Assembly: GCF_026571515.1 (NCBI RefSeq)
Contig: NW_026867228.1
Coordinates: forward strand, 124,001 to 188,000
DNA length: 64,000 nt
Source of the DNA: Ruditapes philippinarum
Lineage: Eukaryota
Direction: 5' to 3'
Shown: piece by piece, positions 38,096 to 51,004 of the stretch
Layout of the letters: every line of letters begins with the position of its first letter
How positions within the stretch are numbered: the first letter of the stretch is position 1
The notes under the pieces: model-generated
The model's input: only the letters and a program-made list of their open reading frames with translations
Database searches by the model: none
Told to the model about the DNA's origin: nothing
Made by a program: the position numbers and the translations under genes

Positions 38096-39020
38096 ACAAG
38101 TTTGCTTCTTTAAAAAAGAAGCATGCAAGAGGTCTTTTTTGCACCTGTGGAATATTTGTTTAATTCGAAAATATTTTGGAATATTTGTTTGCATAAAAGG
38201 CACAATGAATATAAATTACAATTATTTAACAAAAAACAATTTATAATATAAATTGAATATAGTATCATAATGAAAGTTTGTTTCATACTAAATTTCTTTT
38301 AATGTTTTGAAAGATTATATGCCGGAGAAATGGACTTTTTCCTTGGCGCATTAGGAATACTTTTTCTACAAAGGGTACAATTTATGTTATGTCATCAAAC
38401 TAAATCGGGCAAAAAGTATGCTAATCAAACAATTTTAAGTCCCAGATTTACATAAATATGTGTATATCATTTGATTGGAATAAACAGTAAATAAAGATGC
38501 ATGACTCCAACCACAATATTTAAAAATAATCAAACTTGAGTAAAATTTATGCCATTTGCGCCAAAAAACTCCGTTGCGTTATTTAGTCATACCGGTTTAA
38601 AAGTTAAGCAAAACTTCGAACACGGTTCACTCGGTCATATAAAAGTGCATGGTGATATTGTAGCTATAATGTTCAAAGTGACTATTTATCGAACATGAAA
38701 TAGTAAAACGCTATTCAGAAAACAATACGGTAATCGATTTATACAGTTTAAAAGATTAAAACGAAATGAAACATCCACGTAGCGCTAAGTAACGTAAATG
38801 ATATTTTCCGATTTTTCCATGTACCGATTTGTTCACTTCAATGCTAATTTTTCGTTTAAGTTAAGTCGTATTTTGAAGCGGAGCATGCGCACAACAGTTT
38901 TTGTAGACTGCTCCTAATGATTTTACGCTTTAAATGAGATTCATTCACTACAAATCAGATACGCAAAAATGGATGCCGCCAGCAATCAGTCTGAACACTG
39001 TGGACAGGTCTGATGACCTC
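38096..39020. mobile_element. ~0.9-kb right-arm-only insertion, probably transposon-derived
   Basis: The mirror site at ~21210-21240 is uninterrupted. The insertion begins next to TTAA. No clean TIR pair was seen. Confidence 0.5.
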
Positions 39021-40419
39021 TCAAATAATTGTCAAGAACATGGTGCAGCTTTAAGCATTATTTCACTTTTATGAAATATAACAAGTATACATAATTATAT
39101 AATAATACAGAAGAAAAGTTAAAATTAGCTTATTTATTATGTACTCACGTGTTTCACTGACTGGACGTCTGAGTTGTATTTGCATGTTGTCTGTGCTTAA
39201 TTTATACTGTTTGCCTTGTAACATATTGCAACATTTCAATAGCAAAATCAGCTGACAAAGCATCAACAGATTTGATTCATTGGCTTAATTCTTTGTTTGA
39301 TAACAATAATAAAAGAACCAGAGTTGCGATGAAGATAAGATTTGCAAGCAGTTGCTTCAATTGTATAACCACGTGAGCAAAAATCTCTCAAAACATTTCA
39401 AATAATCATGTAGTTTCTGCCATGTAGAACGAGGATCTGCAACGTACGATGATGATGTGATAGAAAATGTTCAAGTTCATGCAAAAGGTATATAACATTG
39501 TAACATAGTTTCTCAGAAGCTGACAAATTATTTTACTGAAAAATAGTATACTTTCATCAACTTTCTCGTTCGATCCTTTTATTCTCCGCAGATTTAAAAC
39601 ATATTTTTATATAATGTAGCATAAAATTAAAGCTAACCAGGAAGATGTTTTAATTTGAATTTTAATATGCAATCATTTTTTAATTTGATTTAATGAGTAG
39701 GCCTGATTCCTAGTAAAATTTCTAAAACTGTTGCCCCTGTTAGCTGATCATTTCAGAATTTCAAAGGCATTGCTTATATTTGCTCGTTTCTTATAGTTGA
39801 AGTTATAGTTGAAGTGAAAAGTATAATTTTAATTTAGAATGTTTTATGATAACATCTAAATATCTGCTAGTTAGCGCGCAATGACAGTTATATGATTTGC
39901 TCTTGTTGCATCATACTGTTTCATCAGAACAACTGTTGTTAGAAATTCACAGGATAATGTTATCAGAAAGACAATACAAAATCATACAGATTTATGCTTT
40001 GAGATTATATACGCCTATGGTTTGTGAAGCTAGATATCTGATTTTGCGCAATTGTTAATTTCTCGTCAAAACAACATAAGTTACCAGACATGTACTCATA
40101 CGAACATATCGCATACATGATGTTTCAATCAAAAGTGAATGCTTATACGAGAGTTGTTTAAAAACGAATAGGACTTACAGTCTTGCATCATCAATTCAAT
40201 TTCAAATATGTTTATATTATATCGACCGTACAATGTTTCTACAATTTGAGCATAAGGTTAATAAATAATTGTGCTAAATGATTGTTCCCTGCAATATGGA
40301 ATAACCATGGTCACACGCACCCGGCGCAGCAATTCAAAAAAGTTATTGAATTTAAGCTGCACTTATCAAGTTTTAAACAGCAGTTGTCATAGCGTTGAAT
40401 CTAAAAATATGACGTAGGT

Positions 40420-40760
40420 GGCGCGATAGCTCAGTTGGTTAGACCACTGACTGTAACTCCTGAGGTTCCGGGTTCGATCCTGGGTAACACCCTTGGGATT
40501 TTTCAGAAACACTATCAGTGCTTCCCACTTCCCTAGAGGTAGACTGGTACGAAACCCAGGTAATCCTCGCATGCTACACACTGGGCATGCAAAAGAACCA
40601 AGGGATCTATTCAATAAGAGCTAGGGACAGGTTCCCGGATTCCTTTGAATCTCAAAGCTGTCTCTAGTGTCTGCTTAGGTGAGGACCCTACTGGAAATAA
40701 GCGCTTGCACTTTCGTAGGCTATCCATTACCCAGAATCAATCGAATAAATCAATTAATCA
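40420..40760 (+). mobile_element. tRNA-derived SINE (V-domain-like), right-arm copy
   Basis: Mirror of 19487-19838 with the same A/B boxes and tail. Confidence 0.8.
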
Positions 40761-42638
40761 GACGTTTGCTAAAAAAACGGTAGTGTAAAGTTTGCCAATA
40801 TATTATCAATGCTCCTTCAGATACATACGAATCAATTATTAAAGGACAATTATTCGGGCACCAGGCCATTCGTTTTCAACATGTGCAGGCAATTTAAAGA
40901 CTGCGAATCCGAGATTTATACTAGCAAGGGGAAAATTTACGGAACTTTAGTGACGTCAATTGCAAAAGCGTTTCAAAGGGGTCGACAGTAACAAGTCGGC
41001 GAACTGTCCGGTATGTTTGATATATATACATCGGGTCGATTTTTTCAAATCTGAACAAAGAATTAAATATGAGACATTTGTTTTTAACAATAATTTTAAT
41101 TTATTTAACAAGATAACATGTTAGCAATTAATTAATATTATAACGATTAACGGTAAGAATAAGTAGTATTTCATCATTTTAGAAAAAAGCACTAGCCGTC
41201 CGGTTACCCTTTTAAGTAGAGCGTTGGACTGTTAATCGTGTGGCCGGGTTCGATCCAGGACGGCAAGCCAGTTACGTAGTGATCACGAAATCCTTTCAAC
41301 GATCACAGAAGTTTCAGTTCCTTGTGGAAAGCGAAGGCAACTGTAACTGGTAAGACTGCTTAATATATACACACTCCTGCGCATCGGTCAAATGTTTCAC
41401 AATAAAAAGGGAAAATATGAATAAAAATGCGAAGGGAGCTAACTTGACATCCTATCCAGGAATAATGTGGTGGATAAACAGTGCTCTGGTGAATTCAATG
41501 TGGTTTACTGCCGTGATCCGTATAGTGAGAGTGAAAACAACTAAACACCACTACCTTCGCCTGATTTTCAAAAAATGATAGCCTGCATGTGCATTATCAA
41601 ATTGTTTTGAACGTACAATAATGTTTAAATCTTATTATCAATCGCTTTAACATTTTAAGACCATGTCAAGAGTTCTCAAACTCAGACAGTTCTTAGTTTT
41701 TTTCCCTATTTCTGTTGTCAATGCCTCATTCATTTTAAGATTACTATTTTAAAATGTCAAGTCAACTGGAAATCAAAAGCGAAGTAAAGTAAGAAAATGT
41801 TTGTTGGCAAAATTTATGTTGCAATCTATAATACTCATATATAAATGAAAAACGGTATTCAGAATGCAGGGAACAAAAGAACACAGTTATGCACATAAGA
41901 TAACATTCTTGGTTTTACAATGATACCGATATTTAAGCTGAGATAAATGCCGTGTGTAGAATTTAAAAGAGAATTGTGAATGTTCGGAAAACCAGTAATA
42001 TAATGCAATACGTGAAACATATGTTGTAATTTTCTAAAATGTTTTGTTTTATAGCTATAACGTTTATGTATTTCTTGCCTAGGATAAATCATTTATGTAA
42101 AGGCCTATCATTTATTTAAAGACCTAGCTCTTATGCCAGAAATGCTAAAGTTTTTTCATGAAAAAAAAAACCGTAAATGTTTGGTATCTTGCTAAAATAC
42201 TTATGCCATAAGGATGAACTATATTTGCATCTTTTGCTTTGTTGGCAATTAGTATAATTATAATGAATAAGTATTTTGTATGGAAGTAAAAATGCTGCTT
42301 TATTTACAGTTTTGCTACCTTTACAACACATTAATGCACAATTAGCACTACATCATTTAGCTGCACAAATCCATTATTAAACCATTATTAAAGAGGTGTT
42401 TTGCATTTCTAAAGAATTAAGTAAATATTGATTTCTGAGGCATAATGTGCAGTTGCACGTTTTAATGTTCTTATCAACGATTTTATTTATAATAGTATAT
42501 CGCCACTTCTTTTTGGTTAAGTTTAACTCTCAGCAACGCAGAAGAATTTAGCGATTATATAAAGACGGCGTTCTTTGCACTGTACATAGAGTGTTCCATT
42601 TGAAAATGCGAATGTGTAGGTTCAGCTGAGCGGTATTG

Positions 42639-45600
42639 GTACCATTTGGATGAATTTTGAGAACGAGAAAGAATACACCAGATACATATAATAAGTATAA
42701 AGACCTTTATACGACGCGGTCCTTTGCTGTGAAAAAATTGACCGGAAGTGGTATATTCTTGCGCATGCGCAATCTGCATAGGGCAAAAAAAAGAACATCA
42801 CCCTACATGGAAATGTAGTAGATGTTCGTAGACAATTCGGATTTAGTTAAAAATAAATAGAAAATCATATAAAATGGCCTGACGTTGATATAATTGTTGT
42901 AAAAAGGGTGGGAATATAAATATTAGCAAATAAAGAAGTCAGTTAATTTTTTTTTTTTGAAATCTTTCAAAGAAATTCTATAACATATAAAATAGAGGTT
43001 AATTATAATTCTGAAAACAGTCGGACACGTGAAAATGCATTTCATTGTTCAGTTATAATTGTATCCTTTATCCTACTGCCAAACAGAATTTCCATATCAT
43101 AATTAAATATATCTAAAAACAATTCAAAATCTTGAGAAGTTAAGATTGCAAGTGAAATAACAAAATGCTTCAATACTGATGAAACTTGGCACAAATGTTG
43201 ATTGGACTAACAGCATGCTCAATCTTAAATTTCCTGTTACCATGGCAACGGGGGGACTTCTCAAAGTTGCCAAAAATAACTATTTTGCATTTTCTTTCAT
43301 CAAAACTGATTTCAAAGTGCTGCAACTTCTCAATGGATTGAGATGGAATAAATGGTTTTTCAGCGTTTGTTACGCGTTCGCCCATTCTCAATAAAATAAA
43401 GCATTTGAGGTTGAAAAATATTAAAAATTTGATGTTGTCATTGTGTCATTTTTTATCGCTGAAGTAAAAGTTTAGGGTATTTTGCAAGTTTGCCAGAAAT
43501 ATTTTGAACAAGAAACTATGATATAACAGGATGGCATTTATTTCGGTAATGACACTGTATTTCTTCGGTAACGTAGAATTCAGATCTAATAATGTAACAT
43601 ATTGGCTGCATATTAATAACAAATGTCTGTAAAATATATCAAAATCTGTAAATTCTCTAACTAGAGGGACTTACTAACCCAGGAAAATTCAAAGAAGTTA
43701 GGTACCTTGCTTATTTTCAGTCAATTTCTTCAAAGTTAAATATCCGTAGAAAGCAAAAATAGTCAATTTTGGAAATGATTATTTCATGTCTTCATTCAAA
43801 GGATATATATCATATATAATATATGAGAGGTCGAATGCATACACAAATTTTGTATTAGCATTTTTTTTCTCAAAATATTCAACTTTCCACTTTCTTAATA
43901 TTTGGAAAATTTAGTACTAAGCAGTTCGATATTTATCCCCATATAGGATGTCACGTATGTTTCATTTTATTCAAATGCAAGTAAAGGTTGAGAAAACAAT
44001 TTCATTTTTTGTAAAATGATTTATATTTATGGATAGTATTTTAACATTATTATATATAGAATGAAATACGGCCAGTAAGCTCTTTGCAGAAACGAAATAG
44101 TTGTTGCTGAGAACATCAATATCTTGTAATATATTTTTAACATTTCTGCCGGTACATCAACATATTGTTAACATATCTTTCCTTTGTAAAAACAATTTTG
44201 TGTCTTCTTACAGCTAATACAATGTAACCGTTACTAACAGGCATGCTAATCCCAACTTTATCTTTAATTTTCAAAAATTGTTGAATTGTAAGTTGGAGTA
44301 ACGTATGTTTCACACTCGCTTATTTATAAACTTTATCATGGAATTTAAACTTACATGTAAAATCGACTTTTTTTTATTAGGAATCAAATGCACATCATTC
44401 TATTGTCATAAAAATGCGATTTTATGTTTTTATATATGCATGTGTAAACAATATAAAGTCTGTTTGATAAAAGTAACGTTTGTTTCACTGTGGTTACTTA
44501 AACAAGTAAAAACTCGACCAAAGTTAACAAAATTTACTTACTAAGGTCAAATAGAAGTTAATGTTGCTGTTATACGTGCTTTCTGACTTCAATTTCCCTT
44601 TTGATAAACTTACATTAAAAAGTTGATAACGTATGTTTCTGTAACATATGTTTCATTTTAACATTGAAAATGGGCTTAAAATGACGCAAGACCGTTTAAG
44701 CCGCCATAATTTGTGGTTAATATATCAGAGTTACACACATGTTAATTTTCTTTTTTGTTTGGATACTTCTTTAAATGGATTGGCTCTTAAATAATGGTAA
44801 CGTATGTTTCTTTTTAAAGTGCTGTTGAAAAGATTTGAATAAAAAATGAAAATTTCCGAAAATAGAATGATATTTGAGAGGCTGCAAGCTTATTTTTACT
44901 TATTATTATATATATGCTGTATTATTAAGCATGCATCGATTCAATTATGTAATTTGGGTTTCACTTCTAATTGTTTTAGGTTTGTCACTATTTATTTATA
45001 TGCCTTTGGCGACATTTGATCATCCATTATACCAATGAGATTTTAACAGTCAAATATAATTTTTACCAATAATCAAAGTGCATATACGCACAACAATGAC
45101 TAATTGCACATGTTTCGTTTATTCTAAAACTTATTTTTCTGAAACACAATTTCAAAGTTGAAAATTCTAGGTGGCGACAGTAACGTATGTTACATTTTAG
45201 GGCATTAATGGTACTTGTAAAAGAAAAATAACAGATAGAAATGTAAAACTGAGAGTGTCCCTATTAGACAAAGTGGCAGCCACCTTTCTAACGACATTTT
45301 GACCTCAAGAAAAACCTTCGTATAAGAGCTACCCAGTGGAACATCAAATGCTGTGTTTTATTGAGAATGAGCGGTTACCTTACGATCGACCTGAGGCCAT
45401 TTTTAGCCTGTCACATGTCCAAATTTTTTTTGGCGATTGACCCCCTTCAAACCCCCGAAACAGAAGGGGGCACATCCTCCTTCTGGCAACCCCCTAATCT
45501 ACAGTTTTGATAGGGGTGGCGCCGAAAAAGGTGATCACTTTTTTAAGAACATTTCCCAAACGAAAAACTGTGTTTGGGGTCTAAATATGGTAATTTTTCA

Positions 45601-45931
45601 CTGTTTGAGGCCTCAAAAAAGGAGGGGGTCGAAAAGCCGTCAAACACGTCTATATGAGGTAAAATGTTAAGTTTCCTAAAATGTAGTATTTCGTAATGCG
45701 TTTTTGCCCTACTTAGTCATAATAGCAAAGTTACAGCCAGTTACAGCCAAAAAAATGAAAATTTCAATAATTTGACCTTCAAAGTAAAGGTCATTTATGA
45801 GTGAATGTCAAGGTCTGTCTGGTTATTTTTAAGGGTTATCCTTGAAGATTATTATGTTCAAGTATATATATGAAATACCGCATACGTTGAACAGGATTTA
45901 GCAATGCAATAACTTCCGGTCAAAATGGAAA
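42639..45931. mobile_element. ~3.3-kb right-arm-only insert with nested imperfect inverted ends (putative non-autonomous DNA transposon)
   Basis: Occupies the slot of 17281-17640 in the left arm. TTGACCGGAAGT (~42738) pairs with ACTTCCGGTCAA (45912), and TAGGGCAAAAA (42779) pairs with TTTTTGCCCTA (45701). It has a repeated ACGTATGTTTC motif and TE-typical ATGAAACTTGGCACA and TTTGACCTT...AAGGTCA strings. Confidence 0.6.
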
Positions 45932-48900
45932 CAACATTGAACAGTTTGACAGGTCCTATTGTTTTGGCTCGTACTCGAGCTCCTGATCTTGAAAGTGTTC
46001 GAAAGCTTAATTGCTGGTACGTTTAAAGATGTTGTTTTATATTTCAGAATAATAAAATTTTCCAAGTATCATAAAATTATTTTAAGTACGCAACATTCGG
46101 ATATAAATCCGTCCGGATAGTTGACAGTTTAATTATCATTTAAACAAACGAACATTAATGAAAGTAGATTTGTTTATTTTTTACCTATTTAATATCTCAA
46201 AATTACATGTATATATTTGGAATGAAATGTCTAGGTGTACAATGCTCTGGGAGTAAAACATTTTTAGTGGGAGTGAAACGTCCGACAATTTTAATATAAC
46301 CAGGGTCTTTCAAATAGAATGGTTTGGAAATGCACGGGTTAAATCCTCGCTTCAATTAAAAATGTCGCGGTATGACTTGGTATAGTTTGCTATATATATA
46401 TACACATTTTATGTAAGTGTTGAAGAACAGGGTGCAAATTAAATATACTCAATCACAGGTGCTTGAAACAAACTTTTTAAAGTTTTATATGGGCTATATA
46501 TACTATAATAAGATATACATATATAGACCGGTTATGTAAAATATTTGATTATGTGACTAGCGCCTGTGTACTCAATTCTTATGATATCACAGTATTTACA
46601 TTTTCTGTGACTGCTAGAAAATGTAAATGTAACACATATCGATGCTTCTATTTTTATTAAATTGTTACTTTTTAAAGTAAAAACTGATAATGTAATGTAG
46701 CCAGGATTAGTTTTCAGTAATTTTTGATCAAATAAACAGAAATCTTATACTTTGATTTTTGAACAGTGGTGTGCTACACCAGATAACTATCGATAGATAC
46801 AAATGTAACTTAATCATGTGACTCAGCTGAGACATCTTCAATGTCGTAAAATTGGTCCAACTCCAGACCATTCTATTTGAAAGACCCTGATCAAACTGAG
46901 TATCTTCATATTCCACACTGTGATTATAAACTTTATATTTCAGGGGTTCAGAGATAGATGATATCAGCATTGTGAGAGAAATGCCAAATTTAGAAATATG
47001 TAGTGTCAGGTAATCAATCTATTCATTTTTTAATGAAAAAAGGCAGTTGTTGCCTTGTGGGTGAAAGTGGTTTTGTCAAACTACCGGTTTAGCGAACTTA
47101 TCTTATGTAATAAAAAGGTTGTGGTTTCGGAGAACTTATTTTATAGTGTTAAAAATATCTATTGTATACTGGGCACGTCAATTATGGTATGTGTTAATTT
47201 GTAAAGAAAACGTTGATACAAAAATAAATATCTTTTAATATATAACATAAGATTGACACACCTCTTCATAAATTAAGTTCCCCGAACCGGTTGTTCGCTG
47301 GAACCACCATAATTCTGCCTTGTTCACAGTTGTTGCTATTAAATCTTAAATAAGTATCTGAAATTAGGAGATAAATTGTCATTGTGTTTGCCTTTAGAAA
47401 TGATATCCGTAAATTTAGTATTTAGCAATGAAACTGATCAAATGCATTTAGTTCTGTCTTTTATTGAAAGCTTTTTAAGAGTATTGTTAATCAGACTTCT
47501 ACATTTTGTATCTTGATTATTCTTGTCACTGTTACAACTATTAAAATGGTTATTAATGCAAATTTTCCTGTATTTCAGTGTTAACGATATCACAACCTTG
47601 AAAGACTTTGAAGCATGTGAGAATCTACAAGAACTGTACATAAGGAATAATAAAATACAGGAGTTAACAGATATATGCTACCTTAAAGGCTTGGAAAAGT
47701 TACGCATCCTTTGGCTCTCAGATAATCCTTGTGCGGTGGGGGACAACTATAGAATGACTGTCATCAGAAATTTACCTCAGTTACAAAAGCTTGATAATGT
47801 TGGTAAGTTTTAAAGTAGGAGCATGTTTGTTGTCATACCAGGGTCTGTATACATTTATTTACTAGTGTCCATTAGTTTCAGTCAAAATAGACCTTCATAA
47901 GGACAAAGCTTACAGATAAACTTTCTTGAGACAACTTCTTTGAACTTATCAATATTGGTGCCATAGTTATGAGGAAACGAAATAGGTCATAAACCCTGCT
48001 TGATTTTTTTGGGTAAAGAGACAAACACCTTATCTACTAGGCCAAGGCTCTCCTCAATAAACATTAATTATTTTGAGTCTTGCAAAGGAAGGCAAACAGT
48101 GCTTGTCGCTACTTTTGTCCCTTTTTGTAAACTTAAAATCATACATATTTATATTAGTCTTGTTTATTACAGTTGTAGAGGATGATGAGAAAACTGCTGC
48201 TAAAGAACAGGGGGAGGAACTCTCACTGCCTGATCCAGACCAAGGGAGTGAACCCAGTGAAGAAAAGCCAGTGATCAATGGCGAAGCAATTGCTGGTGGA
48301 GATTCAGAAAGTAATGATGTGAAAAAATTACCAAAAGATCCAGTAACATTAAGCTGGGAGGAAACAAAGTAAATTAATAATTCAAGTTTTTAGTTTTGTT
48401 TAAAGGCACATTATGCCTCAGAAATCTATGAATATATTTAATTCTGTAGAAATGTCACACATGTGTTTAATTATGTTTAAATAAAGGATTAAGTGTGTGT
48501 TAGATGTTTAACAAGTGGAAAAAAAGTAGCGCTGAACATGTCATGCAGTTATGTGTTGTAACAATAGCAAAATATAAGCAAAGTAGTATTTTGACATCCA
48601 TACCATACAAAATCGTAATTCATTATAATTATATCAATTGTCAACAGAACTAAAGGTGGAAGAAAAGTTAGTTCATGTACATAGCAAATGAGTATGCTTT
48701 GGGAAATTGTAACAAGATACCAAAAGTAAAAGTTTTTGAGAAATAAAAATGATAGCATTTCTGAGGCATAATGGGCCTCACTTTTTGAAAATGTAAGATG
48801 TCACTGTGACAGCAAGATGAAATACTACATGTGATTGAGAATTTCATAAAAGTAGATAACTTTAGAGGTGGTTCCTTATGTTTTTTTCCCATGGATTGAT

Positions 48901-49939
48901 TTAAAGTTTTAGTTACAACTTGCAATGAATTTATTAGAAAAATGGAAATGAACAGTTGCACTAGATGTGTTCTTTTGACCTTTAATATGACCTTAACTGT
49001 GTTGTGTGATCCAATAAAACTTGCAAGTTCTCAGATAGGCTTCTTGCAGAATGTAATAAAATTTTGCCACAGGATAATGATAATTTATATTAGTATTGAC
49101 GTGCTTTGCATTAAGTTCTTATAACTTTTATCAAGTGTTTTTCTGATGTTTTATTTTCAGTAAAATACGAGAACAGCTAGGCTTAAAACCGTTACCAATA
49201 GAGAAAATAGGCTCACCTAAATCTGCACCTACACATTCTACCAGGACCAGAGTAAGACTAGCATTTTTTTGAAAAATACGTAGTGGATAATTCTAAAATT
49301 ATAAATGCAACACATTTTGTTGTTTTCCTTAAATAACGGCATTATCTTATGATTTCAATGATACACTTATTTATTGATCAGCTGCGAATTTGACACTGAC
49401 ATAAGGCTGCTTATATGGTTGGTAGTTGCTCATCCCTTTATATTGTTTATATCATGTCCAATATTGAATAGATGCTTTATTTGTGAGTCCACAAGGGAGC
49501 TAGGGAGTCATCATGCAAAAAAAAACTAGTTAAAATCAGCCAAATTTTCACTCATGGTCGACTCTTGAAAACTTTATATCATTTATATCATGTCCAATAT
49601 TGAATAGATGCTTTATTTGTGAGGTCCACAGGTGAGCTAGGGAGTCGTCGTGCAAAAAAACTAGTTAAAATCAGCCAAATTTTCACTCATGGCTGACTCT
49701 TGAAAACTAGTTAAATGTCAGGTTCTCTTTGGAATATGCATTACCCATTGTTGCAACCCCCTGTGGTAAATAATTCTGGATCTGCACCTGCTTTGGAGTA
49801 ATTTATAAATTGTGCATATTTTTCTTATTTTCAGAATGCCCATGTGTTACAGGCAGTGCTCATTCTTGTAAAAGAACTGGACAGAGATAGTCTGGAGATC
49901 GTGGAAACTGCCATCAGAAAAAGACTTGACACATTATGA
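45925..49939 (+). CDS. CFAP410: Cilia- and flagella-associated protein 410 (C21orf2), copy B, 257 aa
   Basis: Exons 45925-46016, 46944-47009, 47579-47802, 48173-48368, 49161-49251 and 49835-49939 total 774 nt, are all GT-AG and stay in frame. Protein reads METTLNSLTGPIVLARTRAPDLESVRKLNCWGS...LQKLDNV...NAHVLQAVLILVKELDRDSLEIVETAIRKRLDTL*. Confidence 0.93.
46301..46889. mobile_element. hAT-like MITE in CFAP410-B intron 1
   Basis: Perfect TIR CAGGGTCTTTCAAATAGAATGG and CCATTCTATTTGAAAGACCCTG. Confidence 0.75.
47062..47312. mobile_element. MITE in CFAP410-B intron 2, right arm only
   Basis: Imperfect inverted ends GTGGTT...ACCGGTT...GAACTTA and TAAGTTC...AACCGGT...AACCAC; absent from the mirror intron. 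Confidence 0.55.
48400..48780. mobile_element. TTAA-targeting MITE in CFAP410-B intron 4, right arm only
   Basis: TTAA-AGGCACATTATGCCTCAGAAAT at the left end and ATTTCTGAGGCATAATGGGCCT at the right end. Confidence 0.75.
49445..49705. repeat. ~130-bp local tandem duplication in CFAP410-B intron 5
   Basis: TTTATATCATGTCCAATATTG...GACTCTTGAAAACT occurs twice in a row, but once in the mirror intron. Confidence 0.8.
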
Positions 49940-50675
49940 GATTAAAGCAGTCACACATGGTCAACAAAAATCCAAAGTCTAGCCAGATAAACATTTATGA
50001 AGGTCAAAGGCCGGTCAGTTATATTGAACTTGACCTTTCAACTTTGCTGTACTCCTGTTGTTTATCATGTGACAATGTTGTGTGTTATATCTATTGATAT
50101 CTTCTGCAAAGATAAGAGGTTAAGAACAGATTTTACAAAGGTATGGGTAATGTTTTTTGAGAAGGCTGCTATAAGAGTATGGTAGGTGTTTTAAAATGTA
50201 TTGCTGATGAATGACGCTACACTGTATGGCTTTAGGTAATTTGATTTGGAAACATGTATGTTGAGATAATATTTGAAGCATAATGAATTCTTGAATTATC
50301 ACTGTATCAAGAGATACATTGTTCTTTCATCAGGTCAGTTATTCTCAATATGTAGCAATGAGCTAAAATCTTGTGCATTGTTAGTCTGGTATACAAAAAC
50401 TAGTTTTACATTCATAAGGCATATACTGAAGCTTAATTACTAGAAACCAGTCGAACTGAACTAATGTTGTATTCTATACAAAACATGTTCCATGCCCAAT
50501 TGGTGTATCTTTATAATATACAAAATGTATGTGCTAATTTTTACATTGTTGTATACAGGTTTATATTTTACATATAAAACTTAAAGTATATAGTATAATT
50601 TGATGTAATACTGCTGTGATAAAAGGAATATATATTTGTTCTGCAGATATAAGACATAATATCTTAATCAACCAA

Positions 50676-51004
50676 TAGAAGATATTGAATGTGTGTAAGT
50701 TCAATACTGAATTTATTGCACTTGTTGAATAAAATTATATTATGCGAGCCTTTATTCAACGAGTGCATTAAATTCAGTATTGAACTTACACAAATTTAAT
50801 CTTCTATTTATCACATACCCAAAATAAACCGTTTAAAGTGAAATAAGAGTCATTTTTCATTGACTCGCCTATAGTATAAAGCTAACATTTAGCGCGTCTT
50901 TACACCATGTTTGTATAACGCTAATGACGTCACGTCAAAATATATGCACAGTCGTGCAATACCATATTTACGGAGTCGCAAAATTGGCATGAGTGTGTGA
51001 TAAA
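50676..51004. mobile_element. Hairpin-ended non-autonomous element (Crypton-like architecture)
   Basis: Long hairpin AATAGAAGAT...ATCTTCTATT at ~50676-50808, followed by TTTATCACATAC, which is mirrored by GTGTGTGATAAA at ~50993-51004. Confidence 0.6.

Larger units (their letters stand above)
31725..50330. repeat. Right arm of the ~40-kb inverted duplication
   Basis: Reverse complement of 9645-30720 apart from arm-specific indels. Confidence 0.95.

Noticed and set aside
40420-40492. tRNA-Tyr(GTA)-like gene (mirror at ~19765-19838)
   Set aside because: The acceptor and anticodon stems do not pair properly and the sequence runs into a SINE body and tail, so it is a SINE head.
41195-41264. Second tRNA-like fold GCCGTCC...GGACGGC
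   Set aside because: The A box and D arm are degenerate and SINE-like sequence follows; not called as a functional tRNA.
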